From Planctomycetota bacterium (GTDB taxonomy: Bacteria; Planctomycetota; UBA8108; SXIK01), in NCBI GenBank assembly GCA_965223265.1, contig OZ244999.1, positions 7,840,001-7,904,000 of the forward strand: a stretch of DNA of 64,000 nucleotides, written 5' to 3'. The notes beneath the pieces are model-generated. The model did not search any database, was not told the origin of the DNA, and saw only the letters and a list, made by a program, of their open reading frames with translations. How positions within the stretch are numbered: the stretch's first letter is position 1; each line of letters begins with the position of its first letter. Below, piece after piece: positions 31,173-42,600 of the stretch. The position numbers and the translations under genes were made by a program.

Positions 31173-32927
31173 GTGGAACCGATGAGCAGCACTCTCAGAA
31201 AAGAATCTCTCTGCAAGCCGTTGCTTCTGTGGGGATCAATTCTCGCGCTCGCGCTGACACCGCTGTTCTTTGTCCCCACATCGAGCCTGCAAGCAAACGA
31301 GGCAACGGCAGCCGTCCATCGGGTCAGTCAAGATGCCTTCGCAGCCATCTACCTCATGGGCAGCATCCTCGCTTTCACAGTCTCGTACTTAACACTCTCG
31401 CGCTTCGCGGCTCTTGGTAGCCGCCGCTACCTGTTCATGGGTCTCGGTTTTTTCGTCGCTGCGGTCGAGAATCTGCTACGCGGACTCTTGGCGCAGAATC
31501 CTCTCGAGCACACGGACATCCCGTTCTTACTAGCGACACACATCTCAGCGCGCATTTGCACCGCGATCATCCTGTTCCTGGCTTTTGTCTTCACCCGCGA
31601 GCGCCGATCACGCGACGAAAACCGTCACCGCGTCATCTATCGTAGCCTAGGGTTCGTCACCGCTGTCGTAGGGCTGATGTCGCTTGCCATTACGCCGCTC
31701 GTCGACCTTGCGACTCTTCACACCGCACCGACGCGACTCATCGACGTTGCACTTCTCGCGCTCTACTGCCTGGCGTTGCCTTTCGCTGTCGCACTCTACC
31801 GGAAGGAACCTGGTGGCTTTGAGTCATCGCTCGTCGCCTGCCTCATTCTCCTGGTCAGCAGCCAGTTCTATTTCTGTCGGTCTCAATACTTTTTCGACCC
31901 GCCGTCCGTCGTTGCGCAAAGTCTAAACCTCGGCAGTTACCTGGCGCCGGTGTTCGGCCTCTCCTACAGCCTCATTGCGAAGCATCAGGAACTGGAGGCG
32001 CAACGCCATCGACTGTCGAATCAGACCGCGCTCCTTTGGCAGCAGTCCCAGGGCGTCATGAAATCCAACAAGATTCTCGCCCAGCAAGCGGAAGATCTCG
32101 CCCAACTCAGTGAACTCAAGAGCCAGTTCGTAGCCAACATGTCGCATGAACTCCGCACACCGCTCAACGCGGTCATCGGTTTCTCCGACTCGCTGCTCCA
32201 CACCGACGACGAAGATCGGCTGAACGAGTGGCAGACCGAATACGTCAGTAAGATCAAGCTGAGCGGCGAGCGACTCCTCGCTCTGATCAACGACATCCTC
32301 GACCTATCGAAGATCGAGGCAGGCAAAGACGTCGTCCATCCGTGCCACTTCTCCGCGGGCGAGTCCGTCTCGTCGACGGTGTCACTTCTCGAACCGCTGT
32401 TCAGTAAAAAACCGAATGTTCGACTTGAGATCACAGTCGCCGACAACCTCGAACCCGTGTACCTCGATCGCGACAAGCTGGGACAAATCGTGACCAACTT
32501 GGTCGGTAACGCGTGCAAGTTCACCACTCATGGCGTCGTCTCTGTCGGTGTCCACCAAGCGGAAGGCAAGCTCTACCTCACGGTCACCGACACGGGTATC
32601 GGGATCGCGCCGGAGCACCAACGAAGCATCTTCGAGCCTTTTCGACAAGTTGACGGACGGTCGTCCCGTCAGGCCGGCGGCACCGGTCTTGGTCTGGCGC
32701 TCGTCAAGCGAGTCGCGGAGCTGATGCAGGGTTCCGTCTCCGTCGAAAGCGCGATCGGTGCTGGCAGCACGTTTCGTGTCGAGCTTCCCGTGAGATTCAG
32801 CGAGCCGCCAGAACGCGACGATGCGGCACGCGACGATGCGGCGCGCGGCGATCGTCTCAGCCGAGACCGACACGATCCAGGAGCAGTCACGACAGCGAAG
32901 AACCACGAGACATCATGCACCAGCTGA
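31173..32927 (+). CDS. Membrane sensor histidine kinase (multi-TM, MASE3-like input)
   Basis: About 8 TM segments, FVANMSHELRTPLN, NACKFT, DTGIGI and GTGLGL. Confidence 0.92.
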   Translation: MEPMSSTLRKESLCKPLLLWGSILALALTPLFFVPTSSLQANEATAAVHRVSQDAFAAIYLMGSILAFTVSYLTLSRFAALGSRRYLFMGLGFFVAAVENLLRGLLAQNPLEHTDIPFLLATHISARICTAIILFLAFVFTRERRSRDENRHRVIYRSLGFVTAVVGLMSLAITPLVDLATLHTAPTRLIDVALLALYCLALPFAVALYRKEPGGFESSLVACLILLVSSQFYFCRSQYFFDPPSVVAQSLNLGSYLAPVFGLSYSLIAKHQELEAQRHRLSNQTALLWQQSQGVMKSNKILAQQAEDLAQLSELKSQFVANMSHELRTPLNAVIGFSDSLLHTDDEDRLNEWQTEYVSKIKLSGERLLALINDILDLSKIEAGKDVVHPCHFSAGESVSSTVSLLEPLFSKKPNVRLEITVADNLEPVYLDRDKLGQIVTNLVGNACKFTTHGVVSVGVHQAEGKLYLTVTDTGIGIAPEHQRSIFEPFRQVDGRSSRQAGGTGLGLALVKRVAELMQGSVSVESAIGAGSTFRVELPVRFSEPPERDDAARDDAARGDRLSRDRHDPGAVTTAKNHETSCTS

Positions 32928-34015
32928 CGGGAAAAATCTTGGTGGTGGACGACGAGCCTCTCAACGTCGACGTCTTCGCAGCCACATTCCGCAAGTCGTC
33001 ATTAGAGATCCGTGGCGTTCATTCGGGTTCCGAGGCACTGTCGTGCGTCGAGGCGTGGGAGCCTGATCTTTTCGTCCTCGACGTCATGATGCCTGAGATG
33101 GACGGGCTCGAGCTTTGCGACCACCTGCGATGCGATGAGAGGTTTACGACGACTCCGGTCCTGATGCTCACGGCGCGTTCCGACAACGACGACATCGTCC
33201 GAGGATTCGAGGCCGGCGCCGACGACTACGTCACCAAACCGTTTGTACGACAAGTGCTCGTGGCACGAGTTCAGGCGCTGCTGCGCGTGAAACGCAACCA
33301 TGACGCGCTCGTGCGCAGTCAGCGCGATATGGAATCATTCGTCGCCACCGTTTCGCACGATCTCAAATCGCCTCTCGCCTCGCAGATCGGTCTGCTCGAT
33401 GCACTTTCGCAAGACCTAGGAGCGCCAGAAGCTCCCGAGATCCTCGCGCGGCTGACGTCCAACGCGAACTACTGCCTCGAGTTCGTCAAACAGTTGCTGG
33501 AACTCATGTGCGCCCAGCGTCCCCTGGCGGAGCTCCGGCCAGCGACCATTCGTGAGCTTCTCGATTACGCCTACGCTCGACTGGCGACCGATTTCGAAAG
33601 AACGGGTGCAAAGCTCGAGGTCGAGGACGAACCGCTGGAGATTCTCTGCGACCCAAACCGGTTTTCGCAGGTCTTCGAGAATCTCATTCACAACGCTATG
33701 AAGTATGTCGCCGAGGGTGTCGTGCCCCGAGTTTCCGTGTCGTGGAGCGAAGACGGCCACAGCACAACCATTCGAGTTGCGGACAATGGCATCGGGATCG
33801 AACCTACCGACCAGGAGCGCATCTTCGACTCCTTTGTCCGTCTCCATAACCGCGACGCCTACAGCGGCACCGGAATCGGCCTCGATATCGTCAAACGTAT
33901 CGTCGAGGCTCACAGCGGCCGGGTCGAAGTAGAGAGCGAACCGGGCGCAGGATCGACATTCGTTATCACGCTATCCAAGTCGCGGCAACCCGCCGCAGAT
34001 GCACTCACACAATAA
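32915..34015 (+). CDS. Hybrid receiver-histidine kinase
   Basis: REC domain (VVDDE, LDVMMP, KP) followed by SHDLKSPL, NAMKY, DNGIGI and GTGIGL. Confidence 0.92.
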   Translation: MHQLTGKILVVDDEPLNVDVFAATFRKSSLEIRGVHSGSEALSCVEAWEPDLFVLDVMMPEMDGLELCDHLRCDERFTTTPVLMLTARSDNDDIVRGFEAGADDYVTKPFVRQVLVARVQALLRVKRNHDALVRSQRDMESFVATVSHDLKSPLASQIGLLDALSQDLGAPEAPEILARLTSNANYCLEFVKQLLELMCAQRPLAELRPATIRELLDYAYARLATDFERTGAKLEVEDEPLEILCDPNRFSQVFENLIHNAMKYVAEGVVPRVSVSWSEDGHSTTIRVADNGIGIEPTDQERIFDSFVRLHNRDAYSGTGIGLDIVKRIVEAHSGRVEVESEPGAGSTFVITLSKSRQPAADALTQ

Positions 34016-34018
34016 ACG

Positions 34019-35194
34019 ATGACGCAGCCGTACGGGGTGCCACCCCAAAACCCACCGAGAATCCTCGTCGCAAGCGGCGACGCGGCCGCGGCTGGCTCGC
34101 TCGTGTCGTATCTGCGACGTATGGGCTTTGGTGTTGAAACAGCCCTCGACGAGTCCGCGGCTCGCGAGCTTTTGGCGACCACGCCCGAAGCGATCGTCCT
34201 CGACCTCCACCTTCCGGGCGCGGGAGGCGCCGCCGGTTTCGCGCTCCTCGCATGGCTGCGATCGCGTCCAGATCTCTACGGTCTGCCGGTCGTGGTTTAC
34301 CTACCCGACGAGAACCCCGCGACTTTTCAGAAGGCCCTGGAAGCCGGCGCAACGGTCTGTCTGCAGAAGTCGCAGCCGCCCGAGTTCCTCTACGCGCACC
34401 TGACGCGCCTGCTCAACTTTATTCCCCCTCCGCCGCCCCAAAACTACTACGGAGCTCCTGGCTCGATGCCGCCGCCGCAGCAGCAGCCTATGGGCTACCC
34501 GCAGCAGCCGCAGGCCTTCACGCCTCACGCGCCAGCACCTCCAGGCGCCGTTCCCTATCCCTACACGCAGCAGCCGGCTTACCCGACGCCGGCGCCGCCG
34601 CCGCAGTCATGGGGCTATCCTCAGCAGCAGCCGGGACCTTACCCGCCGCAGCAAGGCGCGGGATGGGCGCCGCCACCTCAGCCGCCGCCGCCTGGAATTG
34701 TTACGGGTCCAGCGGCTCTTGGAGTCGAGCCGATGCCCGGGGCGCCACAGACAAGCGACGCCAAGGATGAGCCCGTATCGATTCTGCTCGCTGACGACTC
34801 TCCCGACGAACGCTTCGCCATGGCGGTGCGGCTACGGCGCAAAGGATACACCGTACTCGAGGCGACCGACGGGCGTGAGGCACTGAGTTTGGCGGCCGAT
34901 AAAAAGCCGGACATCATTTTAACCGACGTCCACATGCCGGGAATGACGGGAATCCATCTCGCCCAGCGCGTCCATTCCGATCCGAAACTCAGTAAGATTC
35001 CGGTCTTCCTCATGTCCGGTCTCGCGCAATCGATCTCGAAGATGCAGATCAAGAACGCTAGCGCGACTGGATTCTTCGAGAAACCGCTCGACTTGAACCT
35101 GCTGACGGCGCTGCTGGAAAATGTTCGGCGGCAAAAACCGTCGGGGGGCACGTTTGCCGAAGAGGCGATGAAGAAACTCGACGAGATCTTCTGA
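34019..35194 (+). CDS. Double-receiver response regulator with Pro/Gln/Tyr-rich linker
   Basis: REC1 (VLDLHLP), about 110 aa of low-complexity P/Q/Y/G sequence, REC2 (LADD, LTDVHMP, EKP); no output domain. Confidence 0.88.
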   Translation: MTQPYGVPPQNPPRILVASGDAAAAGSLVSYLRRMGFGVETALDESAARELLATTPEAIVLDLHLPGAGGAAGFALLAWLRSRPDLYGLPVVVYLPDENPATFQKALEAGATVCLQKSQPPEFLYAHLTRLLNFIPPPPPQNYYGAPGSMPPPQQQPMGYPQQPQAFTPHAPAPPGAVPYPYTQQPAYPTPAPPPQSWGYPQQQPGPYPPQQGAGWAPPPQPPPPGIVTGPAALGVEPMPGAPQTSDAKDEPVSILLADDSPDERFAMAVRLRRKGYTVLEATDGREALSLAADKKPDIILTDVHMPGMTGIHLAQRVHSDPKLSKIPVFLMSGLAQSISKMQIKNASATGFFEKPLDLNLLTALLENVRRQKPSGGTFAEEAMKKLDEIF

Positions 35195-35343
35195 CACAGG
35201 GCTCGCGGCGCACACTCTCGAGTGTGCAGCAGGCGGCGACGTTCGTTAGGGAGACTCGGTGGGCCTCGAGGCGGGACGGGAGCCGCGCGTTGGAGCCTGG
35301 AGACGCCGGCGGTACACGCGATCGACGCTAGCCGGTCGGGCTC

Positions 35344-35757
35344 TCAACCGCGCTCGTCGACGGTGTCGGCGGGCGATGCATCCCGGCGCCGATCGTCGTC
35401 GGCGGCGTCCTCAGCAGCATCCTCGCAGGGAACGCCACCACCGCCAGAGACAGCGGGGCTCTCAGCTGCCTCGGCACATTCCGGCGCACTGTCGCCGCAT
35501 GAGTCACCCGCTGCCTCGGAGCTGACGACCGATGCTCCACCACCGTCGACATCCGCTTCGTCCTTGGTCGCCGCGTCACAGGCTTCGCGCTTGCCGTCCT
35601 CGAACTCGTCGGCAAGATCTTTGGCCGCCGCTCGAGCCTTGCTCCAGAGCTCCTCAGCTTTCTCGTCGAGACCTTTCTCGCGCGCCTTTTCGAGCACTTG
35701 TCCAGTCGCCCGCCCGATCCCTTTCGCCAAACGTGAGAACAAGGATTTCTTCGCCAT
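35344..35757 (-). CDS. Hypothetical protein (helical N-terminus, acidic disordered tail)
   Basis: 137-aa ORF with coherent composition between two oppositely oriented genes. Confidence 0.65.
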   Translation of the reverse strand: MAKKSLFSRLAKGIGRATGQVLEKAREKGLDEKAEELWSKARAAAKDLADEFEDGKREACDAATKDEADVDGGGASVVSSEAAGDSCGDSAPECAEAAESPAVSGGGGVPCEDAAEDAADDDRRRDASPADTVDERG

Positions 35758-35993
35758 GACCGGTCATCTCACTGTTCCGCCTCGGTCCGCTCGTTCGCTC
35801 AAGGCGAATTGGCCCGAGCAGCGGCGCACACGCGACCAACGAAAGCGTTCGAGGTCTCTACTCATCGTAGCACTTCGTCCGTTGTTCTCCCACCACCGGA
35901 GCGCGCAATGCCTTGACGGGCTCACGCCGAAACGGTCTACTGCCGAGTCAAACCAGCTACACCAACCCCTTGTGAACGATCAGCGAGAAGGCC

Positions 35994-38090
35994 ATGTCCC
36001 GACACGCGTTCAGTCGACTTGAAGCCGACAGGGAGCTACTGCAGAAGGCCCAGCAGAAAGGCACGCTGGCAAGCCTCGGTGCCTACACCAAACTCTCGGG
36101 ACCCGGATGGCTGCAAAGTGCGCTCACCCTCGGCGGCGGCTCCCTGAGCAGTAGCCTCTACCTCGGTGTCCTCGCCGGCTTCTCGCTCCTTTGGCTGCAG
36201 CCGTTTGCGATGATCCTGGGGATCGTCATGCTCAGCGCCATCGGCTACGTCACCATGTCGACGGGCGAGCGACCATTCTATGCCATCCACCACCATGTCA
36301 ATCCAGTGCTCGCATGGGGCTGGGCCCTCGCATCCTTGGTCGCGAACATCGTTTGGGTCATGCCCCAGTACTCGCTGGCGACGGGTGTTTTGCAGCAGAA
36401 TCTCATGCCAGAACTCCTAGGCGGCTTCAACGGCAAGGTCGTGATCGCCGCGAGCATCCTCGTCCTCACGACGGCGATCACCTGGAGCTACGACCGCGGT
36501 GGGCTCGGTGTGCGTCTCTATGAACTCTTCCTGAAACTGATGGTAGCGCTCATCGTGCTTTGCTTCGTGGGGGTCGTGATCACATTGAGCACGTCCGAAG
36601 AGGGTCTTGATTGGGGCCGTGTGTTCGCTGGTTTCGTCCCCAACTTCGGCGCTATCTTCGAACCTGCGGCAACGTTCAAACCCCTCCTCGATTCCACCGG
36701 CGAGTTCTCCGGTTGGTGGAGCGAGCGCATCGTGAATCAGCAGCGCGACGTACTCATCAGCGCCGCTGCCACGGCGGTTGGCATCAACATGACGTTTCTC
36801 TTTCCCTACAGCATTTTGAAGCGCGGCTGGGGCAAAGAGTTTCGTGGCCTGTCGAAGTTCGACCTTTGCACCGGCATGCTGATTCCGTTTCTGCTCGCAA
36901 CGAGCTGCGTGGTGATCGCGTCGGCGACCCAGTTTCATACCGTGGCACAGCCGGGTCTTGCTACGGCCGGCGAGGCGACAGGTCGGCAGCGGGGTGAATA
37001 CCATCGAACGCTGCGCCAGCGCGTGGAGCAAGAGGCCGGCAAGGAACAGCTCGAGCAGGACATCTTGTCGTCAGCGCGGGCGGAGCTGGCCAAAGCAAGT
37101 GAGGCGACGAAAGGTGTCGTCGCAGCCGGCCTGCAGATCGCGTCGAGTGACTTCGCGCAACCAGAGGCGGAGCTTCTGGGTCGCATCAAGTCTCAGCTCG
37201 CAGCATTGACTGCGGACTCAAAAAAACAGTTGAGCACGCAACTCGGCCAGGAGACCATCAAGCGCCTCAGCGACGCCTCGACGGCAATGGACGAAGTGAG
37301 AGGCATGTCGCCGACGTCGATTGCTGCGCTCTCTAAGGCGCTGGATTTACGCGCCGAGACCGTAACACCAGAGGCAACGAGCCGACTCCGCGATCGCATC
37401 ACCAGCCTTGCCGACGATCGACGCTCCGAGCTTTCGTCGGGTCTGGGTGCTGCCCTACTGAGCGACTTCACGGGCGAAGCCTATCTCCACCGCAAACTCG
37501 AATCCCTGCCGCTCGCAGATCGTCAGATCGCGGCGACCCTCGTCAAGCGCGACGCTGGCGACCTCGCCAAGTCCCTGACGCCTCTTCTGGGCAACACGTT
37601 CGGCAACGTCATCTTCGGGATTGGCGTGCTCGCGATGGCGCTCTCGACGATCACACTTCTGATGCTGATCTCGGGCCTCGTGATCTGCGAGATCTTCAAC
37701 CTACCGGCGACCGGCTGGCCCTATCGCCTCGGCTGTTTGGCGGCCGCGACCGGAGTGCTCGGTCCGTTCCTCTGGTCGAAAGCGGCGTTTTGGCTCGCCA
37801 TTCCGACGTCGGTGTTCGGTTTCATTTTGCTGCCGATCGCCTACCTCACGTTTTTCCTGCTCATGAATCAGCGCAGTCTCCTGCGCGAGGAGATGCCAAC
37901 GGGGGGCCGGCGCGTTCTCTGGAACCTCCTCATGGCGATCGCCGCGGGAATCGCGACGCTGGCAAGCATCTACATGATCCACCAGAAGGCCGGCTGGTAC
38001 GGAATCGGTGGGGTGATCGCGTTCGCCGCGGCGGCGCTGGTGGTCCACATAGCGCGCGGCGGTCATTCCACGGATGCTCGTCCGGGCTAA
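35994..38090 (+). CDS. NRAMP-like divalent metal cation transporter with large soluble insertion
   Basis: SGPGWLQSALTLGGGSL, TAVGINMTFLFPY and many TM segments; pattern typical of the PVC NRAMP-like family. Confidence 0.8.
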   Translation: MSRHAFSRLEADRELLQKAQQKGTLASLGAYTKLSGPGWLQSALTLGGGSLSSSLYLGVLAGFSLLWLQPFAMILGIVMLSAIGYVTMSTGERPFYAIHHHVNPVLAWGWALASLVANIVWVMPQYSLATGVLQQNLMPELLGGFNGKVVIAASILVLTTAITWSYDRGGLGVRLYELFLKLMVALIVLCFVGVVITLSTSEEGLDWGRVFAGFVPNFGAIFEPAATFKPLLDSTGEFSGWWSERIVNQQRDVLISAAATAVGINMTFLFPYSILKRGWGKEFRGLSKFDLCTGMLIPFLLATSCVVIASATQFHTVAQPGLATAGEATGRQRGEYHRTLRQRVEQEAGKEQLEQDILSSARAELAKASEATKGVVAAGLQIASSDFAQPEAELLGRIKSQLAALTADSKKQLSTQLGQETIKRLSDASTAMDEVRGMSPTSIAALSKALDLRAETVTPEATSRLRDRITSLADDRRSELSSGLGAALLSDFTGEAYLHRKLESLPLADRQIAATLVKRDAGDLAKSLTPLLGNTFGNVIFGIGVLAMALSTITLLMLISGLVICEIFNLPATGWPYRLGCLAAATGVLGPFLWSKAAFWLAIPTSVFGFILLPIAYLTFFLLMNQRSLLREEMPTGGRRVLWNLLMAIAAGIATLASIYMIHQKAGWYGIGGVIAFAAAALVVHIARGGHSTDARPG

Positions 38091-38211
38091 CAGCCGTCTG
38101 GGAGTTCGATTCGTCGCGAATCGTCGGCCCGAAAGCGAACGAGCGTTTCGTCAGCTCGCGCGCGACGACGATCCCCACGGCCTCTCAGCGTTGTCGCGAG
38201 CTACGCCTAGC

Positions 38212-39522
38212 CTAGCGGGGTGAAGCATGTTCAGCGCGCGCCAAGAGCCCGCTAGCAGCTGGGTCGTCGATGAACTTCTCGGCGCGCCAATCCCAACGCA
38301 GCTCCCTGCCGAGGTCGAGCGCGATGTTCGCCAACTGACACAAGCTCGTCGTGCGATGGCCGATCTCCACATCCGCAATCGGCCGCTCGCGCGAACGGAC
38401 GCAGTCGAGAAAATTCTGAAAGTGCCCAGGGCTCGGCGGTAGATCCTCCTCACGAGCGGCCGACGGTAGATCGGCCTTCTGACCGTCGACAAAGAACTCG
38501 TAGTCGTGAAACCAAGTCTTCAGGACACCGGCTTCGCCGTAGAAGTTCATGCCGTAGTTGCGGTCGGCCGCAATGTCGCCGCCCTCCGAGGGCTGCGTCC
38601 AAGTCATGGCGAAATCCGGATCGGAGAACTGCCAGCGCGCTTCCATCGACTTTGGGAAGTCGTAGAGGTTTTCCTGTTCGTATTCGCCTTCGGCGGCGAC
38701 CGCGTCCGGGCCTTTGGTGTCGATGTCCATGGCATGTGTGACGACGTTGAGCATGTGGACGCCCCAGTCGGTCATGTAGCCGCCGGCATAGTCACGGCAC
38801 CAGCGGAACTTGAAATGGACGCGCTCAGGGTGATACGGCACGACAGGCGCTGGTCCCAACCAGGTCGCGAAATCGAGGTGCGCCGGCGGCTCGATCGGCG
38901 GTGTGCGCGGCTTGAACGGATTCTCCCACATCCAACTCTTGACCGTGTGGACCTTGCCGATGCGCCCGGACCGCACGATGCGGGTGATCTCGTGCATTTT
39001 TGGATGGGAGCGATGATGGATACCGACTTGGACCACCCGATCGTGTTTTCGCGCCGCCGCAACCATGTCTCGCCCCTCGCTGAGAAACGTGCACAGCGGT
39101 TTTTCGACGTAGACGTCCTTGCCTGCCGCGCAAGCAGCAGTGGCGATCGCAGCGTGCCAATGGTCAGGCGTGGCGATGACGATAGCGTCGACATCCTTGA
39201 GGTCCAGCAGCCGGCGATAATCAGCCGTGGCAAGCGCGCCACGCCAACACAGGGCGTGGGCCTTATGAAGGCGCTGCTGGTCGACGTCGCACACCGCCAC
39301 CACTTCGCTCCCTGCATTGCGCTGCGTCTGGCGCAGCAAGCTCGTGCCGCGACCGCCAACACCGACGTGCGCAACGAGGACTCGCTCGCTTGGCGGCGGG
39401 TTGATCGTCATGGCTTTCAACGCACGACACGGAACCGCGCCGGTGGTGGGTATAGCGAAAAACGCGGTGGCACCAAGACTGCGCTTGAGAAAGCCGCGGC
39501 GACTCGTTCTCCTGTGTTCCAT
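38212..39522 (-). CDS. Tat-exported Gfo/Idh/MocA oxidoreductase
   Basis: SRRGFLK Tat motif, GVGGRG, ATPDHWH, DVYVEKP and DWGVH. Confidence 0.93.
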   Translation of the reverse strand: MEHRRTSRRGFLKRSLGATAFFAIPTTGAVPCRALKAMTINPPPSERVLVAHVGVGGRGTSLLRQTQRNAGSEVVAVCDVDQQRLHKAHALCWRGALATADYRRLLDLKDVDAIVIATPDHWHAAIATAACAAGKDVYVEKPLCTFLSEGRDMVAAARKHDRVVQVGIHHRSHPKMHEITRIVRSGRIGKVHTVKSWMWENPFKPRTPPIEPPAHLDFATWLGPAPVVPYHPERVHFKFRWCRDYAGGYMTDWGVHMLNVVTHAMDIDTKGPDAVAAEGEYEQENLYDFPKSMEARWQFSDPDFAMTWTQPSEGGDIAADRNYGMNFYGEAGVLKTWFHDYEFFVDGQKADLPSAAREEDLPPSPGHFQNFLDCVRSRERPIADVEIGHRTTSLCQLANIALDLGRELRWDWRAEKFIDDPAASGLLARAEHASPR

Positions 39523-39652
39523 GTCTCTCCCTGATTTGACGAGATCTAACGCTAATGAATCGCTCGCGAAAACTGCCTGCGAAGAATCCGCTGCTCTTCG
39601 AACGCGCTCATTCTACCAAGAGCCCCGCGCCGGTTAGCGTCGAAAAGAAACC

Positions 39653-42600
39653 TTGGCCTTGAATCCTCCGACCCTGCACCGCATTTGGCACGCCGCGATC
39701 GACACAGGAGGCACGTTCACCGACTGCATCGCGATCGACCCGCACGGCCGCTTGCACCGCGTCAAGGTGCTTTCCTCGAGCGCCGTTCGCGGCGTCATCG
39801 AACGACACCTCGCTTCGACGGCGTTGCAGATTCATCCCGACGCCATTTTCGCGACGGCCTCCAGCGCCAGGGAGCAGAGAAGTGACGGCGTCGTTGGCCT
39901 GGGCTTCCAGGCGCTGGGACTCGAACACCCGCCGGTGACGGTCGAGTCTTTCGACGCTGCGTCAGGTCGGCTGACCCTGAGCGATGCGATTGCCGAGTTG
40001 CCAGCGGGCGCGACCTTCGAGCTGGTGTCGCCGGAAGAAGCGCCGCTCTTGGCGCTGCGCCTGGCGACAGGAACCGCGCTCGATCGCGAGCTGCCGCCGT
40101 GCGCGCTCCGCGTTGCCACCACCCGTGGCACGAACACTCTTCTTGAACGCCGCGGCGCCAAGGTCGCCCTCTTCGTGACGCGCGGCTTCGCCGACCTTCT
40201 CGAGATCGGCACGCAGCAGCGGCCCGATCTCTTCGCACTCGACATCGAGAAACGACGCAGTTTGGCGGCGACCGTCATCGAAGTGGACGAACGCGTCGCG
40301 GCCGACGGCGAAGTGATTGAGACGTTGGCTGCGGATCAGCTCACGCCGCGGCTCAGTGATCTCGTCGCGGGCGGCTACGACAGCGCCGCCATTGCCTTCC
40401 TCAACAGCTACCGCGCGCCAGAGCACGAGCTGCAGCTCGCACGGATGCTTGAGTCCGCGGGGTTTCGGCACGTATCGGCATCTGCGCGGCTCGCACCTTC
40501 GATCAAGATCTTGCCGCGCGCCGAGACCAGTGTCGTCAACGCCTACCTCGGTGAAGTCGTCAGCACCTACCTGAATGGCATCGGAAAAGCGGTGGATCGC
40601 GACAGACTGCACGTCATGACGAGTGCGGGCGGGCTCGTCAAGGCCAGCGAGTACGAGCCGAAGGACAGCCTGCTGAGCGGCCCAGCCGGCGGCGTCGCGG
40701 GCGCCGCGAGTGTCGGTTCTGTGAGTGGATTCGATCGTGTCATCAGCTTTGATATGGGAGGCACTAGCACGGACGTCGCCCGTTACGACGGCGAGTTCGA
40801 ATACGTCTTCGAGCACCGCGTCGGCGACGCACACCTGATGGCACCGGCGCTGGCCATCGAAAGCGTCGCTGCTGGAGGAGGCTCGATTTGCCGCTGCGAG
40901 CACGGGCGTCTTCACGTCGGTCCGGAAAGCGCTCGCGCCGACCCAGGACCTGCCTGCTACGGCCGCGGCGGTCCGCTGACGATCACGGACGTGAACCTGC
41001 TTTCCGGTCGCCTCGATCCGGCGCGGTTTCGCATCCCGGTGGACGTCGGGGCCGCAAAGCACGCACTGGCCGGAGTGCGCGAGACGCTCGCACGGCAGAC
41101 GGGTGAAAGTCCCACCGACGAGACTCTTCTCGACGGCTTCCTCGACATCGCGAACGAGCGCATGGCCGACGCCATTCGCGCCGTGTCGCTCGGGCGTGGA
41201 TACGATCCCGCCGACTACGCACTCGTCGCCTTCGGCGGCGCTGGCGGGCAGCATGCCTGCGCCATCGCCTCGCGGCTGGCGATCACGCACATCGTTGTGC
41301 CAGCGGACGCGGGCCTCCTGAGTGCCAGTGGGATTCTCAGCGCGGCGATCGAACGTTTCGCTGAACGAACGGTGCTCGAGGCGCTCGACCAAGTCGATGA
41401 GCGCCTCGCGACGCTGCTCCGCGAGTTAGAGTCGGAGGCTTTTCGAGCCATCGCTGCGGAGGGCTCAGACGCGCGAAAGGCGCGGGTGCGGCGACGGATC
41501 GCACACCTTCGTTTTCTCGGTCAGGACGAGGCGCTCGCGGTCGAGCTCGGCGCCGAAGTAGCACCGCCTCGTGAGAAGCAGGCGGAGGCTGAAGCTGAGG
41601 GTGAGGCTGACGCTAAGAGTGACACCGACGCTGGGTCATCGCCTGAACAAGGATCGCGCGGAGACAGCGAACGTTCGAGCCACAGGGTCGAGGGTGGAAG
41701 ATCGAGCAGCGGCGCGGGGCTTCGTGCCGAGTTTCTTCGGGCTTACAAGCAGCGCTTTGGGCACCTGCCGGAACAACTTGAGATCGAGCTCGTCTCACTG
41801 CGCGTTGTCGTCGCCACGGATGCCAGTGCGCAGGTGTCGGCGGCGCCTCCGAGGGAGTCGAACGCGAACGCGCCGACCGAATCGCCCAAGCCGCAGGCCA
41901 GAGTGCGTGCACGCTGCGACAGATCGTGGCAGGGAATCGGTGTTTTTGAGCGCCAGCCATTGGCACCGGGCACGGTGTTGCGCGGACCCTGTCTCGTCGT
42001 CGACGACTTCAGTACGACACTCATCGAGGCGGCGTGGTCCGCACGCGTTGACGCGCACGGTTCGCTCCTTCTGACGCGGCCGACGGATTGCGCCCAGCAG
42101 GCTCTCGGCGCGACCACGTTCGAGTCGACGTCTGAAGCGGTCCTCCTCGAGCTCTTCACCAACCGCTTCGCGGCCATCGCCGAGGAGATGGGCGAGATGC
42201 TGCGCCGCACGTCGCTGTCGACAAACGTCAAGGAGCGCCTCGACTACTCGTGCGCCGTGCTCGATGCCGACGGCGAGCTCGTCGTCAACGCGCCGCACAT
42301 TCCCGTCCACCTCGGCGCTCTCGGTCTCTGCGTGCGGACGCTCCGCGACCATTTGGAGATGCGGCCGGGAGACATCGTCGTCACGAACCACCCTGCCTAC
42401 GGCGGTTCGCACCTACCGGACATTACGGTCGTGGCGCCGGTTTACGCGCCAAGCTCTCAGGCGGGGTCTCCGGAACGAGAAGACCACGTGCTCGTCGGGT
42501 ACGTCGCCAGTCGTGCCCACCATGCGGAGATCGGCGGCATCCGCCCGGGCTCCATGCCGCCAGATGCGACGCGCCTACAGGAAGAGGGCGTCGTGATCCC

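Noticed and set aside
32814-32852. 15-bp repeat encoding RDDAA in the kinase tail
   Set aside because: In-frame slippage in a disordered C-terminus; no spacers, so not CRISPR.
38207-38215. CTAGCCTAG, as found beside the MITE
   Set aside because: No inverted repeats nearby, and it contains the stop codon of the Gfo/Idh/MocA gene.
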